From Vulcanimicrobiota bacterium (GTDB taxonomy: Bacteria; Vulcanimicrobiota; Vulcanimicrobiia; Vulcanimicrobiales; Vulcanimicrobiaceae), in contig OY970223.1 of NCBI GenBank assembly GCA_963714015.1, forward strand, positions 2,944,001 to 3,008,000: a stretch of 64,000 bases of DNA, given 5' to 3'. Positions 29,822 to 41,749 of this stretch are shown piece by piece; position 1 is the stretch's first letter; every line of letters begins with the position of its first letter. The notes under the pieces were generated by a model. It had not been told where the DNA came from. It searched no databases and worked only from the letters and a program-made list of their open reading frames with translations. The translations under genes and the position numbers were made by a program.

Positions 29822-31085
29822 GTTCGGCCGGCGCACTGCGCGGGCTGACGCGGGAACAGCGTAACGCTTTTCTCGCAGAGCTTCCTGGGTTGGACGCTCG
29901 ATGCGTTCGACTACTTCCTCGTCGTGGTCGTGCTGCGCCACGTCGCGAGCGATCTCAAGAGCTCGTTTCTGGTAGCGTCGGTTGCCGTAACGCTGACGCT
30001 TGCGCTGCGTCCGCTGGGTGCGCTGATATTCGGCTGGTTCGCGGATCGCTGCGGCCGCCGGGTGCCGCTGATGATCGACATCGGCCTTTACTCAGTGCTG
30101 GAGCTGGCTACGGCGTTCTCTCCGAATATCACCGTATTTATTTTGCTCCGAGCGCTTTTCGGCGTCGCCATGGGCGGCGAGTGGGGACTGGGCGCGGCAC
30201 TTGCCATGGAATCCCTGCCCATCGAAAAGCGCGGGCTCTATTCCGGAATTCTGCAGGAGGGTTACGCACTCGGCAACTTGCTGGCGGGCGTCGTCTTCGG
30301 GCTGCTGTTCGTTCACATCGGCTGGCGAGGCATGTTTGCGATCGGCGTGATTCCGGCGCTGCTCATTCTTTACATCCGCTCGCGCGTTCCGGAGTCGCCG
30401 GTCTGGCTGCAGGGCCGCAGCTCGCGTTCCACTCCGAAACCCCGCGCGCTTCTGGCTGCCGTCAGCTGCAAAGTGGCCGCTGTTCCTTTATGCGGTCTTC
30501 TTCATGGCGGCGTTCAATTTCATGTCGCACGGAACTCAGGATCCGTACGTGAGCGCGTTCTTGGACGGTCAGCATCATTTTGCGCCCGCGCTCTCGGGAA
30601 CGATCAACTCCGTCGCCTCTATCGGCGCAATCTGCGGCGGCATCTTCTTCGGCTGGATCTCGCAACGTTTCGGCCGGCGCCTCACCATCGTTCTTTGCGC
30701 GATCCTCGGGCTGCTGTTCGTTCCGCTATGGGCGTTCAGTCAGACCATCATGCTGCTTGCAGCCGGCGGTTTTTTGATGCAGGTTGCGGTGCAAGGCGCG
30801 TGGGGAATCATTCCCGCGCATTTGAACGAAATCTCGCCGGACGAGATACGCGGCACCTTTCCCGGATTTACGTACCAATTAGGCAATTTGATTGCCTCGG
30901 GCACGCTGACGATCATTGCGGCGCTGGCGACCTCGAAGTTCGGTACGGCGCACGCGCCGAACTATGCCGCGGCAATGGCAGCATTTGCGATTGGGACGTT
31001 TCTTCTGGTCATAATTCTGACATTGCTAGGTTTCAAAGTCGTTCCCGAAGCTCGGGAACGCCGGCTCGGCGCGCAGGAAACGTAA
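29818..31085 (+). CDS. MFS transporter, sialate/carboxylate symporter (YjhB/JEN1-like); frameshifts near 29878 and 30467
   Basis: RNAFLASFLGWTLDAFDY when corrected; GVAMGGEWG, FMSHGTQD, RGTFPGFTYQLGN. Confidence 0.85.
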
Positions 31086-31136
31086 GCAACCCGTTTTCCT
31101 AAGAAACATTTCGTTGCGCGCGCTCGTACAAGCGAT

Positions 31137-33281
31137 ATGACCTTCGCATCCCGTACGGTAACGGCACTTGCCGTGAGCTTTGCGCTGTTCCTCGCTTCTG
31201 CCGGGCAAGTGTTTGCCGTGGCGCGAGCTTTCTCGGCGGCCGTACCCTTGCTGCCCGCGGCCCCGCACATGGACGGCGCCATCGACGACAGCTGGGCAAA
31301 AGCGGTGCAGCTGCCCGTCGCTTTCGATTTTACGTATTTGCGCCCGGGAGAACCGGCGACGGTCTACGTGGCGCAGGATCCGCGCGGTATCGACTTGGCG
31401 TTCGACGTGACCCAGCGCGAACCGATTACCGCATCGCAGAACACGAACGGTGCCGGCGTGCTCAACGACGACAACGTCACCGTAGTGTTTTGGCCGCAAG
31501 GGACGCACGGTTTCGAGTACTCGTTCTCCGCCAATTCTCTTGGCGCCCGCGATCAGAGTTCCAGCGAGAATTCCGCTTACTCCCCGCAGTGGACCGCCGC
31601 GGCAAGGCGTACGCCCGGTGGGTACGTCGTCACGATGCACATTCCGTTCGACATCATGCGCAATGGAGGGTCCCACGATTGGAGCGTGCAGTTCGAACGG
31701 ACGACGGCGGCCACCAACAGCAACGACGTTTGGGAGCATGTTGCGGGGCAGCGCAACTCACAGGATCCGGCGAATGCGGGCGTGCTGACGGGAATCGCGG
31801 CAACGACGCAAGCCGCCGCAATCAAACCGCAGCCTCGTGTGCAGATATACAGCCTGGGCGAAATGACGCCGGGATCCAACGGCGGCGACACCTCACGCAT
31901 CGGTGCGGATCTCTCACTCCCCGTGACGCCGACCTCGTCTTTTATCGCAACGCTTCATCCGGATTACTCGAACGTCGAGGTCGATCAGCAGACGATCGCT
32001 CCTAACGCATTCGCCCGGCAGTATAACGAAGTGCGGCCATTCTTTACGCAGGCCGCTTCCAACTTCAACCAGCGCCTGAGCTGCACGAATTGCCCGTCGA
32101 CGCTCTACACGCCGAGCATTCCGACATTCCGTGAGGGCTACGCCTATGAAGGCACGAACGGAGATTTCAGCTACGCTGCATTCGACGCCGTCGGCGATCA
32201 GGGACGTACCGACAGCGCGCAAACCGCGAATTACACGTACGACTCGACCGGACCGATCTATCAATTTAACCTGCAGCGTGTCAGCGTGGACTATCCCGGG
32301 TTCCGCGACAACACTACGACGCTGAGCAGCGGCGAGCTGAACCAGCACACGCACTTCTTCACCTACTTGAACGTCGGCGAGGACAGCGGAACGGATGTGA
32401 CGGATCCGGGTTTTGCGCAATACTGGGAATACGGCGGCGGCTACGTCACCAAAACGACGACCGCCGGCCTGACGCTGCAAAAGATTGGACCGCAGTTCGA
32501 TCCCGTGGACGGTTTCGTCGCTCAGCCCGGCATTGCCGGATACTTGGCGTTCTACAATCGCACGGTAAACTTCTCTCCGAAAGCGACGCTGCAGGACATC
32601 GTTCTGAATTCGAGCTTCGGTCGCTATCACGACCCGAGCGGCAATTTGGCGCAGACCGACGGGGGCGGCCAGATTAATTTCGACTTCCGCCGGCAGCTCT
32701 CGTTCCATCTTTTCATGCAGTCCAATGGGATCGAAACCTCGTTCGCCCCAGTGCAGCTGGTACCGTTCAACACCAGCGGAGTATACCTCTCATACAAAGG
32801 ACAAACGTCGACGCCGACATACGTTCAGTACACGAGCGGTCCGTATTTCCACGGACATCTCACTGCCTGGTCGTACGTCACGACGCTGCCGGTGATGCAT
32901 CGGCTGAACCTCTCACTAGAGATGGACGAGAACCTCTACGGCGGCTCGAACATCGCCGCGGAGCCTACCGCAAAACAGTGGCTCGAGCGCGCAAGTTTGG
33001 ATTGGCAGTTCACGCGTGAAGCGTCGTTCGATCTGGGCGCGCGCCGGATCGTCGGCGCAAATCTCCCCAACGCCATCCAAGCGCCCGACCTGCCCTCGCC
33101 GCAATTCAACGGCTATCTGCCGTTCGACTACGTCGATGCCGGTAACGTCAGCGCAGCGCTGCACTTCCTTGCCGCGAAGAACGAATTCTACCTCGTGTAT
33201 GGGGATCCGAACAGCCTCTCGACTACTCCCGCACTCTATCTCAAATGGATCCGCTATATCGGAGCAGAGAAAGGCGTGTAG
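31137..33281 (+). CDS. Secreted/outer-membrane protein with CBM9/DUF5916-like architecture
   Basis: Signal peptide; PHMDGAIDDSW, TLHPDYSNVEVDQ, EVRPFF; C-terminal beta-strand pattern. Confidence 0.7.
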   Translation: MTFASRTVTALAVSFALFLASAGQVFAVARAFSAAVPLLPAAPHMDGAIDDSWAKAVQLPVAFDFTYLRPGEPATVYVAQDPRGIDLAFDVTQREPITASQNTNGAGVLNDDNVTVVFWPQGTHGFEYSFSANSLGARDQSSSENSAYSPQWTAAARRTPGGYVVTMHIPFDIMRNGGSHDWSVQFERTTAATNSNDVWEHVAGQRNSQDPANAGVLTGIAATTQAAAIKPQPRVQIYSLGEMTPGSNGGDTSRIGADLSLPVTPTSSFIATLHPDYSNVEVDQQTIAPNAFARQYNEVRPFFTQAASNFNQRLSCTNCPSTLYTPSIPTFREGYAYEGTNGDFSYAAFDAVGDQGRTDSAQTANYTYDSTGPIYQFNLQRVSVDYPGFRDNTTTLSSGELNQHTHFFTYLNVGEDSGTDVTDPGFAQYWEYGGGYVTKTTTAGLTLQKIGPQFDPVDGFVAQPGIAGYLAFYNRTVNFSPKATLQDIVLNSSFGRYHDPSGNLAQTDGGGQINFDFRRQLSFHLFMQSNGIETSFAPVQLVPFNTSGVYLSYKGQTSTPTYVQYTSGPYFHGHLTAWSYVTTLPVMHRLNLSLEMDENLYGGSNIAAEPTAKQWLERASLDWQFTREASFDLGARRIVGANLPNAIQAPDLPSPQFNGYLPFDYVDAGNVSAALHFLAAKNEFYLVYGDPNSLSTTPALYLKWIRYIGAEKGV

Positions 33282-33299
33282 GCGTCGAAAGCGGCCCGC

Positions 33300-33989
33300 A
33301 TGCAAGAAGTCACCGAAGTCGTACGTATGATTTCACCAGCGCCGCGACCCCAATCGCTTGCTTTCGACGGCGCGTCGCTGTGGATGGGATCGATCGAGAC
33401 GTGCCGTCTGTACGAAATGGACCCCGTGCATTGGACCGTTCGCGATGAGGTCGAGGCGCCGGGCAAGCCATGGGGCATGACGGTGATGGGCGACGAACTT
33501 CGCGTCATCTGCGGCGAGGGCGAAGACGACCACCGCTTTATCCGGCGCTTCGTTCCGGGTCACGGCTTTAGAAATGAGGGCGTGATTCCATGTCCGGACG
33601 ACACCGGCTCGCAACTCGGTTTCGACGGCGACCGCCTCTATTTGAGCCAGTGGTATAACAAGCGCGTTCTCTCACTGGACGCAGACGGCAACGTCGGCAC
33701 CATCATCGAAGCACCGCACGAAATCTGCGGCCAAGTGATCCTCGGGGGCGTTTTCTACCTGCTCGGCACCGACGACGAGAACAGCGAGGAGTATTTCTTG
33801 ACTCGGCTCGACGCCCGCAACGGCAAACCGCAGATCGAAGATCTCGCTATGCTGCGTTTCGGCGCGCGCGGCCTTGCTTTCGACGGTACGCGTTATTGGA
33901 CGAATCACCGCGAAAACAACGAAATCGTTGCCTTTACGGTGACGATTTCACTACACTGGGCCGGGTTAATCAAACTCGTCATCACGTGA
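33300..33989 (+). CDS. Beta-propeller protein (glutamine cyclotransferase-like)
   Basis: Repeated LAFDG..LW motifs. Confidence 0.65.
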   Translation: MQEVTEVVRMISPAPRPQSLAFDGASLWMGSIETCRLYEMDPVHWTVRDEVEAPGKPWGMTVMGDELRVICGEGEDDHRFIRRFVPGHGFRNEGVIPCPDDTGSQLGFDGDRLYLSQWYNKRVLSLDADGNVGTIIEAPHEICGQVILGGVFYLLGTDDENSEEYFLTRLDARNGKPQIEDLAMLRFGARGLAFDGTRYWTNHRENNEIVAFTVTISLHWAGLIKLVIT

Positions 33990-34567
33990 TCGCGCCAGGC
34001 GCCGTGAAGAAATAGCAGCGAGCGCGCAACGCCCTCGATCTCAAAACCTAGACGCTTGGCGACGGCCTCGCTGCGTACGTTCGCGGGCTGATAATTGAGA
34101 TTCAGCCGGTGGAGCGCCAAGGTTTCAAACGCAAAGGAAATTACGGCATGTCCGGCTTCGGTCATGACCCCTTTGCCTTCATGGCGCTTCGACAAATGGT
34201 ATCCGAGGATGGCCGATTGATTCACCCCGCGTATGATGTTGTGCAAGTTGATATGCCCCAGGATTTCCCCATCGGGCCCTTCATTTCTGTCAAAAACGAT
34301 GAACCGGTACGACTTGTCTTCGAGCGCCAGCGCAACGTATGCGTCAAGCCATTCTCTGTGGCGCTCCGCGTCAAGGAATTCCGGGCCGATGGGCGGCTCC
34401 CATTGCTGTAAGTGTTCGCTATTGTCGCGGTAGTAACGCACTCTGGCTTCGGCGGCGGATGCTCCCGGGATTACGAGCAGTAGCCGGTCCGTTAAGAGCG
34501 TGGGCGTCGAACCGTTCATCGCGTTGAGCCGTTCGCCGGTCGTCGGCGCGCTAGTGCTGCGGTTCAC
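33905..34567 (-). CDS. RimJ-like GNAT N-acetyltransferase
   Basis: HLQQWEP, QSAILGY, GKGVMTEA, LHRL..YQPANVRS..VAKRLGF, GAWRDH. Confidence 0.9.
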   Translation of the reverse strand: MNRSTSAPTTGERLNAMNGSTPTLLTDRLLLVIPGASAAEARVRYYRDNSEHLQQWEPPIGPEFLDAERHREWLDAYVALALEDKSYRFIVFDRNEGPDGEILGHINLHNIIRGVNQSAILGYHLSKRHEGKGVMTEAGHAVISFAFETLALHRLNLNYQPANVRSEAVAKRLGFEIEGVARSLLFLHGAWRDHVMTSLINPAQCSEIVTVKATISLFSR

Positions 34568-35413
34568 TTTCCTCCCACAGTCGCGCGAAGGTCTCGCGGT
34601 TCTCGTCCAGCATCGCGTCCATATCCGATTTCCAGAGTGAATCGGGGAGATGGTAAGATGAAAGAATCTCCACGATCCATGGGCCGCGATACCCCGTCTC
34701 CCGAATCGCGCGAATCATCGGCGCGAGCGGGATGTCGCCGTCGCCCAAGCTGAAACGATCCGCCGTCGAGCGCGGCGTGCGCCAGTCGCTCGAGCTGAAC
34801 CAAGAATACCCTACGCCCGCACTGGCTTATGAGATCGTTTAGGCCGGGCGTCTGCCACACGTTCCAGCTATCGATGCAAATGCCGACGGCGGGATGGCTC
34901 ACGGCGTTCGACGATCTCTAAGCCCTGATCCAAACCCCAAACCGCCGTGTCTTTGTGAATGTTTACCGGATTGAGCGGCTCGAACGCAACGGTGACGGAG
35001 TGCAGCGCCGCGTGCTCTCCGAGGATTTTGAGCGTCTCGATTGTTTGCTGACGCGCCTTTTTGAAATTACCGTCCGGTGGAATCCCGGTGATGATCACGA
35101 ACGGCGTTCCTTTGGGAACGAACGGCCCCGTGCCGGCGATCGCTTTCTTCATCTCTTCGAGCCGATCGGCGGGATCCTCCGGTCGAGCGGCCATCGAATC
35201 AACGAAGACCGAATGAACCTTCGCCTGAACGGAACCGGCTTGCAAGCCGCACTCCTCGATGGCGCGAAGTTCTTCGTAATCGGCGTGCGAAAGCTTGAAT
35301 TCGCAAACTTCGATGACGTCGGCTCCATGCTCCCGATATTTTCGCAAATCGGTGCGGAACGACCACGGCCACGTCGTGAACTCGCTAAAACCGAACCTAT
35401 ACTCGTTGCTCAT
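34551..35413 (-). CDS. Sugar phosphate isomerase/epimerase (IolE/Xyl-isomerase TIM barrel); frameshifts near 34900 and 34790
   Basis: AFEPLNP, ICIDSWN, VQLSDW when corrected, GDGDIPL, GYRGPWIVEI. Confidence 0.85.
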
Positions 35414-37859
35414 TCTTCAGCAGTAAACTCCAAAATGCAGAAACCGCGCCGGCCGACCTGCACGGGGTGGCCCTGCCGCAAACGGCGCGAGTCGAATCCC
35501 TTCTCTTCCGTCCACTCGTTGCGCAGCGTATTATATGCGCGCAACCGGTACGTGCGGTGCAGCTTCAGTCTGCGGAACGCGAAGTGCCGTCGTAACGGTG
35601 CGATCGCGCGTATTTCCGACGCACAGCAGCGTCCGGTCCGGGCGCTTCAGTCCTAAAAGCACGACGCTTTCTCCGCTGGCGTGCACGTTTTCCGTGATGT
35701 CTTCGTCGTACTGGTCGTCGGAATCTACCCCGGCAAATGGATAATTGGTGAATACCTGCAGCCCATCCAAACGGGCGGCGAACCAGGACACGCACTTGCC
35801 TCGCAGCCAAACATTTCGCACGCCGAGCCAATTCCAGCCGTTCGATAGTCGCGGGTGCAGCTCCGGCGGATTGGCCGCCGCGTTCAGACCGCCGGCTCCC
35901 TCGACGGCTGCCCAAATGTACTTCGGCGCAAACCACGGCGATAGCATCATGCCCTGATTCGTCAGGGTCTCGCCGTGCAGCCATTCCGAAAACTCACCCG
36001 GAACCGTGTTGTTGCGCCGCGGATCCTGCGAGTAGTGCGTGAAACTCGTCGAGAGCGCGTAAGCCATGAATTCGGGGTTGAATTTTGCCGATGCAAATGC
36101 GAACCAGAACGTCGGACCGCCCCAAACTCCGCCCAGCAAACCCGAACCCTGCGTCGGTGAATAATTGATGTCATTGCGCGGAACCGTGTGCAGACCCGCC
36201 TCGGTCCAAAAATCCGGGATGCTCAAGCGCGCGATAATGTTCGCCGCAACGTCGTGATCGGCAACGCCGAACATCACCGGGAAAACGAGATCGCAGGTCA
36301 CGTCCGTCCGAGGCGTTCCATCCAGGTCGATGTTCAGGTAATAGAGGTTGCGCTGTTTGTCGAGCAGATGCTCGTTGATCGCCGACCGCAGATTCCCCGC
36401 GGCATCGTCAAAATCGCGCGCCGTCTGCTCGTCGCCCAGCTCGCGGGCCATCTCAACGATCGTGCGAAGCGCTGCGAAGCACTCGGAGTTGAGCTCGGTC
36501 GTCGCCCCCGAGAGGCGGTAATCTTTGATTACGTTTCGCCAGCCGACGATTCCCCAGTCCGCCGTCTTGTCCGCCGTGCACCACACCAGGCCCTGGCCGT
36601 TGCGCTGGGACAAAATGTACCGAGCCGCGCGCAGCGCCTTTGGATAGACCCGCTGCAAGAAATCGCGGTCGGCGGTAATCGTGTAATGATGCCAGAGCGC
36701 CAAGACGATCAGCGGCGTGTTGTCGTTGATGTTCAGCCCGTAGTCTTCGGCCTTTCCGTTGCGAATGTCGAAATACTCCACGACCATTCCGCTCGGCTCG
36801 AGGTTGTCGGCGTACCATTGCAGAGACTCGCCGACGAAATGCGGCGTGACGTAATCCGCGCCGAAACCATACCAGGCCGTGTCCCGGCCGACGCTGTTAT
36901 TGGATCGCGTCGGATCGTTCACAAAGCACCAGCCCTGCGACGTCAGCGATTGGGTGCGCAGGATGTTGGCCTTGGCCCAAAGGACCCCGCGATTCACCTC
37001 AGCGTCCGGCGTCATGACGATTGCGCGCCGCTCTATCTCCTGAAAGTGTTCGTTGGTTCGCTCGAGTGCATCGTCCGCCTCGGGAAGCGCTTTCAGGTTG
37101 GCGTACGCTGCCGCTTCGCCCTCGACCGAGAACGTCAAGACGAAATAGAAACTCGCGGTTTCTCCCGGTTGCAGCGTATGCGAAAGATGAAATATCCCGA
37201 GCGGATCGTCGGCATCGAGCGTTTCACCGCTGCAGCTTCCCGGGGAATTCGGCGGCGCTCGTTTTGGCGTTGTCGAGCGACACTTCAAAGCTCTTTGGCG
37301 GCACGGAACACGCGGCGATACGGAAAACTTGCGGCTGATCTTCGTTCCATGCGATGAAGCCGTGCACGCGGGCGTCGTACTTCGTCTGCGTCTTTGCCTC
37401 GAACGATCCCCCTAGTCGCAGCGATGCGTACGTGGCGACTTGCACCGGATGCTGGTTTTCGTTTGTAAGCTCGACCGTGTAGTACGCAGCGGGTGGATCG
37501 ACCTCTTTTTGGTCGTCTCCCTTGGGGATGCCGCTGAGCAAGAAGATGTCTTCGTGAACGGTCACGGAATCCGCCAGTTCGAAGAGATGCTCCTGATGAT
37601 CGGGGTGAATCGTGAACTCGCCCGGCAGCGGCGTAAGCGGAATGCCCGTCGTTTCGTCCCAATGGTGCAGCACCAGCGTACGAAAGACGTCGGCGCCGGC
37701 CTCGGGAGAATAGACTTTTTCGAGCGCGCCCGTGGCTTTGATGAGCAGCGCCGCCTTCGGCGCGCCTAGCGTACTTCCGCCGGGCAACTCCCGGTCCGAA
37801 ATCCGGTACGACGAGATTTGATGGCCCGGCCCGGCCGACTGAGCTCGCGGAACGCTCAC
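35410..37859 (-). CDS. (alpha/alpha)6-barrel glycoside hydrolase, amylo-alpha-1,6-glucosidase-like; frameshifts near 37227 and 35560
   Basis: VGRDTAWY, NDNTPLIVLALWHHY..TAD..FL..VYP, GGVWGGP, FSEWL; ATGA overlaps with neighbours. Confidence 0.8.
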
Positions 37860-38632
37860 AGCGACCCCGATTTTTTACTCATGCCGCCGTCGATGAAGAG
37901 CGAGGCGCCGGTGACGTATGCGGCGTCGTCCGAGGCCAGATACACGCAGAGCCGTCCGATCTCTTCGGGCGTGCCCATGCGATGCGCCGGAATCTCGTCG
38001 AGTAACTTCTGGAATTTTTCGGGCTGCTTCTTCAGGCCCGCGTCCATCGGCGTATCGATTGCGCCCGGGCAGACGTTGTTCACGGTAATTCCGTGCGGCG
38101 CCAGCTCGACGCAGATCGTGCGCGTGAGCATCCGCAACGCGCCCTTCGTCGCGCAGTATGCGGCGTTGGTCGGCATCGAAATCTCTTCGTGCACCGACGA
38201 GATCATGATGATGCGGCCGCCTTGCTGCTGCGCGATCATCTGCTTCGCCGCGTATTGCGAGCCCAGCCATGCGCCGGTGAGATTGACCGCTACGATTTGG
38301 CGATAAACCTCAAAGGGCACATCGACGAATGCCGCCTTCTTTTCGATGCCGGCGTTGTTCACCATTACGTCCAACTTCCCGTAGCGTTCGACTGCCGTGC
38401 CGACCAGTTTCTCGACGTCATCTTCCTTGCTCACGTCGCCGCCGGCTGCACACGCCGTTCCGCCAAAACCTTCGATCTCTCGAACGAGTTCGTCGGCGGG
38501 AGGGCGCTCGCCGTGGTAGTTGATAACCACTTTACCACCTTCACGCGCAAACGCGGTCACGATGCCCTTACCGATGCCCGTATCGCCCCCGGTGACGATG
38601 GCGACCCGGCCGTCTAGTCTTCCGCTGGGCAT
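37856..38632 (-). CDS. Glucose 1-dehydrogenase-like SDR
   Basis: TGGDTGIG, VVINY, NNAGIE, SSVHE, YCATKG, PGAIDTP. Confidence 0.9.
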   Translation of the reverse strand: MPSGRLDGRVAIVTGGDTGIGKGIVTAFAREGGKVVINYHGERPPADELVREIEGFGGTACAAGGDVSKEDDVEKLVGTAVERYGKLDVMVNNAGIEKKAAFVDVPFEVYRQIVAVNLTGAWLGSQYAAKQMIAQQQGGRIIMISSVHEEISMPTNAAYCATKGALRMLTRTICVELAPHGITVNNVCPGAIDTPMDAGLKKQPEKFQKLLDEIPAHRMGTPEEIGRLCVYLASDDAAYVTGASLFIDGGMSKKSGSL

Positions 38633-41600
38633 TTAGCGGCCGCCCCCGCGGCGTGAAACGATTGCCAGAAGGCCAATTGCACTCGCCGCCAACACCGCTA
38701 TGGCGGCGTAGCCCTTCACGATGATGCGTTTGCGTCGCGCTTCCTCATCCGGCATGAAACGCCGCTCCGGAAACGCGCCGTGCTCGCGATCGCCTTGCGC
38801 ATGCGGCATGCTGCGCGCATCCATCGCCATCCGCATAACTTCGGCGGGATGCAGCGCCCGGCGGTTCGTGGTCTGCATGATCTGTTCGCGGCAGCTGAAC
38901 CCGTCGGCCACGATTATGGTCTCGGGAAGGGCGTCGCGAACCTTCGGCAGCAGCACGCGCTCCCCGCAGGCAATCGACATGGAATAGTGGTCCTTCTCGA
39001 AACCGAAGGCGCCGGCCATGCCGCAGCATCCGCTCTCGAGTTTCTCGTGCTGCAGGTCCATTTGCTCGAAGACGTGCGTCTCCGACGTCGGGTCGAGCAG
39101 CGATTTTTTGTGGCAGTGTTCGTGAACGATCGCTTGGCGGTCGAGCTTGGGCGGCGTGTAGTTCGCTTCTTTCTCCGCCTTTTGATTCAAGAAAGTTTCG
39201 AGCATGAAACACTGCGTCGCCAGCCGGTTGGCGTCGATGTCCTCGCCCACCATGTTTTGAAGCTCGTCTTTGAAGACCGAAAGGCAACTGGGCTCCAGGC
39301 CGATCACCGGTACCCCCTCGCGGATCAGCGGACGCAGCTCGTCCAGAATCCCGCGCAGCTGCCGTTCCGCTTGGTCCAGGAATCCATAGTCGTAGAGCGG
39401 CCGCCCGCAGCAGATCTGTTTCTTAGGAAGAATGACGTGATAACCGGCGTCCTCGAGCACTTCGACTGCCGCCTGCGCCGTGTGCGGGTGGAAATGATTG
39501 TTCCAGGTGTCCGGCCACAGGATGACGCGCTCGTTTCCGGCGTTCCGCGGAGAACGTTTCGCGAACCACTCTCGGAACGTGTGGTCCGCAAACATCGGAA
39601 TGTTGCGCTCGGGCGCTACCGAAGCCAAACGCTTGAGCAGCGTGCTGAACGGCGGCGCTTGCGAGAAGAAATTGGCTAGGCCCGGCATCAGCGATGCTGC
39701 TTTCGCCCACAGGAACATGTAGCCGAAGAGCCACATCTGCAGCGGACGCGGCTTACCTTGGAAGTAATGATACAAGAACTCCGCTTTGTACGTGGCCATG
39801 TCCACGTTTACCGGACATTCGCTCTTGCACGCTTTGCATGCCAGACAATACTCCAGCGAATCCTTGACCTGCTCGTCGTGCCATCCGTCCCTTATCGGCT
39901 TGCCCTGCAGCATCTCGAACAGCAGACGCGCGCGGCCGCGCGTCGAATACTTCTCTTCACGCGAGGCCATGTAGCTGGGGCACATCGTCCCCTTGTCGTG
40001 CTTACGGCAAACACCGGCGCCCACACATCGATTCGCCGCATAGGCGAAGCTGCCGCCGTCTTCTTTGAAGCGCATCTTCGTCGGCGGATCCCAAGGCTCG
40101 TAGTTCACGCCCCAACGCAGGTTCTGATCGATGCGGTAAGGCCGAACGACTTTTCCGGGATTCATGAGGTTGTCGGGGTCGAAAGCCGATTTGAACTCCC
40201 AAAACGCCTCGACGAGGTCGTCCCCGAACATGATCGGCAGCAGCTCCGCGCGGATCTGACCGTCTCCGTGCTCGCCGGAAATCGAGCCCTCGTACTTCAC
40301 GACGATGTGCGCCATTTCGTGAACGAACTTGCGGTATTTCTCGATGCCTTCTTTGGTGAAGAGATCGAAACTGATCCGGCAATGGACGCAACCCTGGCCG
40401 AAATGGCCGTAGACCGACGCCTGGTAACCGTACTCGTTCATCTTTTGCTGGAATTCGCGCAGGTATTTCCCCAGATGCTGCGGGGCCACCGCAGCGTCTT
40501 CCCATCCGGGATAAAATTCCGGCTGGTTGGGAATCTTCGCGTTCACGCCCAACCCCGCTTCGCGGATTTTGAAAATCTCTTCCATGATGTGGTCGTCGCT
40601 GACGAGCCGCGTGCTCATCACCTTGTCGCTCTCCTTGCCCAAATCGTCGATCAGGCGCTGGGCCTTGGACTCCGCTTCCTGTTTCGTGTCGCCGCCGAAT
40701 TGCAGAACGATCCAGGCATGGCCCTTGGGAAAGAGCTCTTCCTGGGCGTGAGGATTCTTGCCCTTTGCTTCCATGTGATGAAAGAGCGTTTCGTCCATGC
40801 CTTCCGACGCATGGGGCTCGTATCCGTTGCAAAAAGCAACGTGATCGCCCACGGTGGCAATATCGTCGAATCCGGCAAGCGCGAGGGCGGTAAACTTGGG
40901 GTTGGGCACGAGCCGGACCGTGAGCTCGAGCACGTGAACGATCGTTCCTTCGCTGCCGATCAGCGCGCGCGCCACGTTGAAGCCGTTTTCCGCAGAGAGT
41001 TGGTTCAGATTATATCCGGACACGCGCCGGGGAATATCGGGGAAGCGCTCTTTGACAAGCCTTCCGTAGTTGGATTCAATCTCGCGCAGCTTGGCGTAGA
41101 TCTCACCCTTGCGCCCCCCTTCCCGCACGATAGCGTCGAGATCTTCGGGCTTCGTGGACCCGACGCGCATTCGCGTTCCGTCGTGCAGCAGCACTTCGAC
41201 TTCAAACACGTTTTCTTCCATACGTCCGGCAAACTGTGCCGGCATGCCGCACGAGTTGTTGCCGAACATTCCGCCGAGCGCGCAGCGGTTATGCGTCGAG
41301 GGCGCCGGGCCGAACGTGAGGCCGTGCTTTTCGGCCATCTTGCGCAGATCGTCCAGGACGACCCCCGGCTCCACGACTGCCGTGTGCGACTGCGGATTCA
41401 GATCCAGGATCCGGTTCATGTATTTGCTGTAGTCGAAGATGACGGCGGCGTTGCAGCTCGCGCCGGTCAAACTCGTGCCCCCTCCGCGAGGCGTAGCGGG
41501 CGCGCGGTACCGATGGCAGATCGTCATCGCCGTTTGCGCGTCCTCCGCGTCCTTTGGCAGCACGACTGCAATGGGAACTTGCCGGTAGTTCGCCGCATCG

Positions 41601-41749
41601 GTCGAGTACATGGCGCGGTAGGCATCGTCATAGTGCACTTCGCCGCGCACGGCCGCCGCGAGATCGCGTCGCAATCCGTCCATATCGATGTCCAGACTCT
41701 CGGCATGGACGTCTTCGGGGATTTTCGTCTCCGGAAGAACGCGAATCAA
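38633..41749 (-). CDS. FAD-linked/(Fe-S)-binding oxidoreductase (YdiJ/GlcD-GlcF fusion type)
   Basis: RGGGTSL, NNSCG, SGEHGDG, CVGAGVC..MCPSY, CLACKACKSECP, CCG domains. Confidence 0.92.
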   Translation of the reverse strand: MIRVLPETKIPEDVHAESLDIDMDGLRRDLAAAVRGEVHYDDAYRAMYSTDAANYRQVPIAVVLPKDAEDAQTAMTICHRYRAPATPRGGGTSLTGASCNAAVIFDYSKYMNRILDLNPQSHTAVVEPGVVLDDLRKMAEKHGLTFGPAPSTHNRCALGGMFGNNSCGMPAQFAGRMEENVFEVEVLLHDGTRMRVGSTKPEDLDAIVREGGRKGEIYAKLREIESNYGRLVKERFPDIPRRVSGYNLNQLSAENGFNVARALIGSEGTIVHVLELTVRLVPNPKFTALALAGFDDIATVGDHVAFCNGYEPHASEGMDETLFHHMEAKGKNPHAQEELFPKGHAWIVLQFGGDTKQEAESKAQRLIDDLGKESDKVMSTRLVSDDHIMEEIFKIREAGLGVNAKIPNQPEFYPGWEDAAVAPQHLGKYLREFQQKMNEYGYQASVYGHFGQGCVHCRISFDLFTKEGIEKYRKFVHEMAHIVVKYEGSISGEHGDGQIRAELLPIMFGDDLVEAFWEFKSAFDPDNLMNPGKVVRPYRIDQNLRWGVNYEPWDPPTKMRFKEDGGSFAYAANRCVGAGVCRKHDKGTMCPSYMASREEKYSTRGRARLLFEMLQGKPIRDGWHDEQVKDSLEYCLACKACKSECPVNVDMATYKAEFLYHYFQGKPRPLQMWLFGYMFLWAKAASLMPGLANFFSQAPPFSTLLKRLASVAPERNIPMFADHTFREWFAKRSPRNAGNERVILWPDTWNNHFHPHTAQAAVEVLEDAGYHVILPKKQICCGRPLYDYGFLDQAERQLRGILDELRPLIREGVPVIGLEPSCLSVFKDELQNMVGEDIDANRLATQCFMLETFLNQKAEKEANYTPPKLDRQAIVHEHCHKKSLLDPTSETHVFEQMDLQHEKLESGCCGMAGAFGFEKDHYSMSIACGERVLLPKVRDALPETIIVADGFSCREQIMQTTNRRALHPAEVMRMAMDARSMPHAQGDREHGAFPERRFMPDEEARRKRIIVKGYAAIAVLAASAIGLLAIVSRRGGGR

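Noticed and set aside
28444..30552. 702-aa ORF fusing a lipoprotein to an MFS N-terminus
   Set aside because: Overlaps thrS and the MFS gene; explained by indels near 29790 and 29878.
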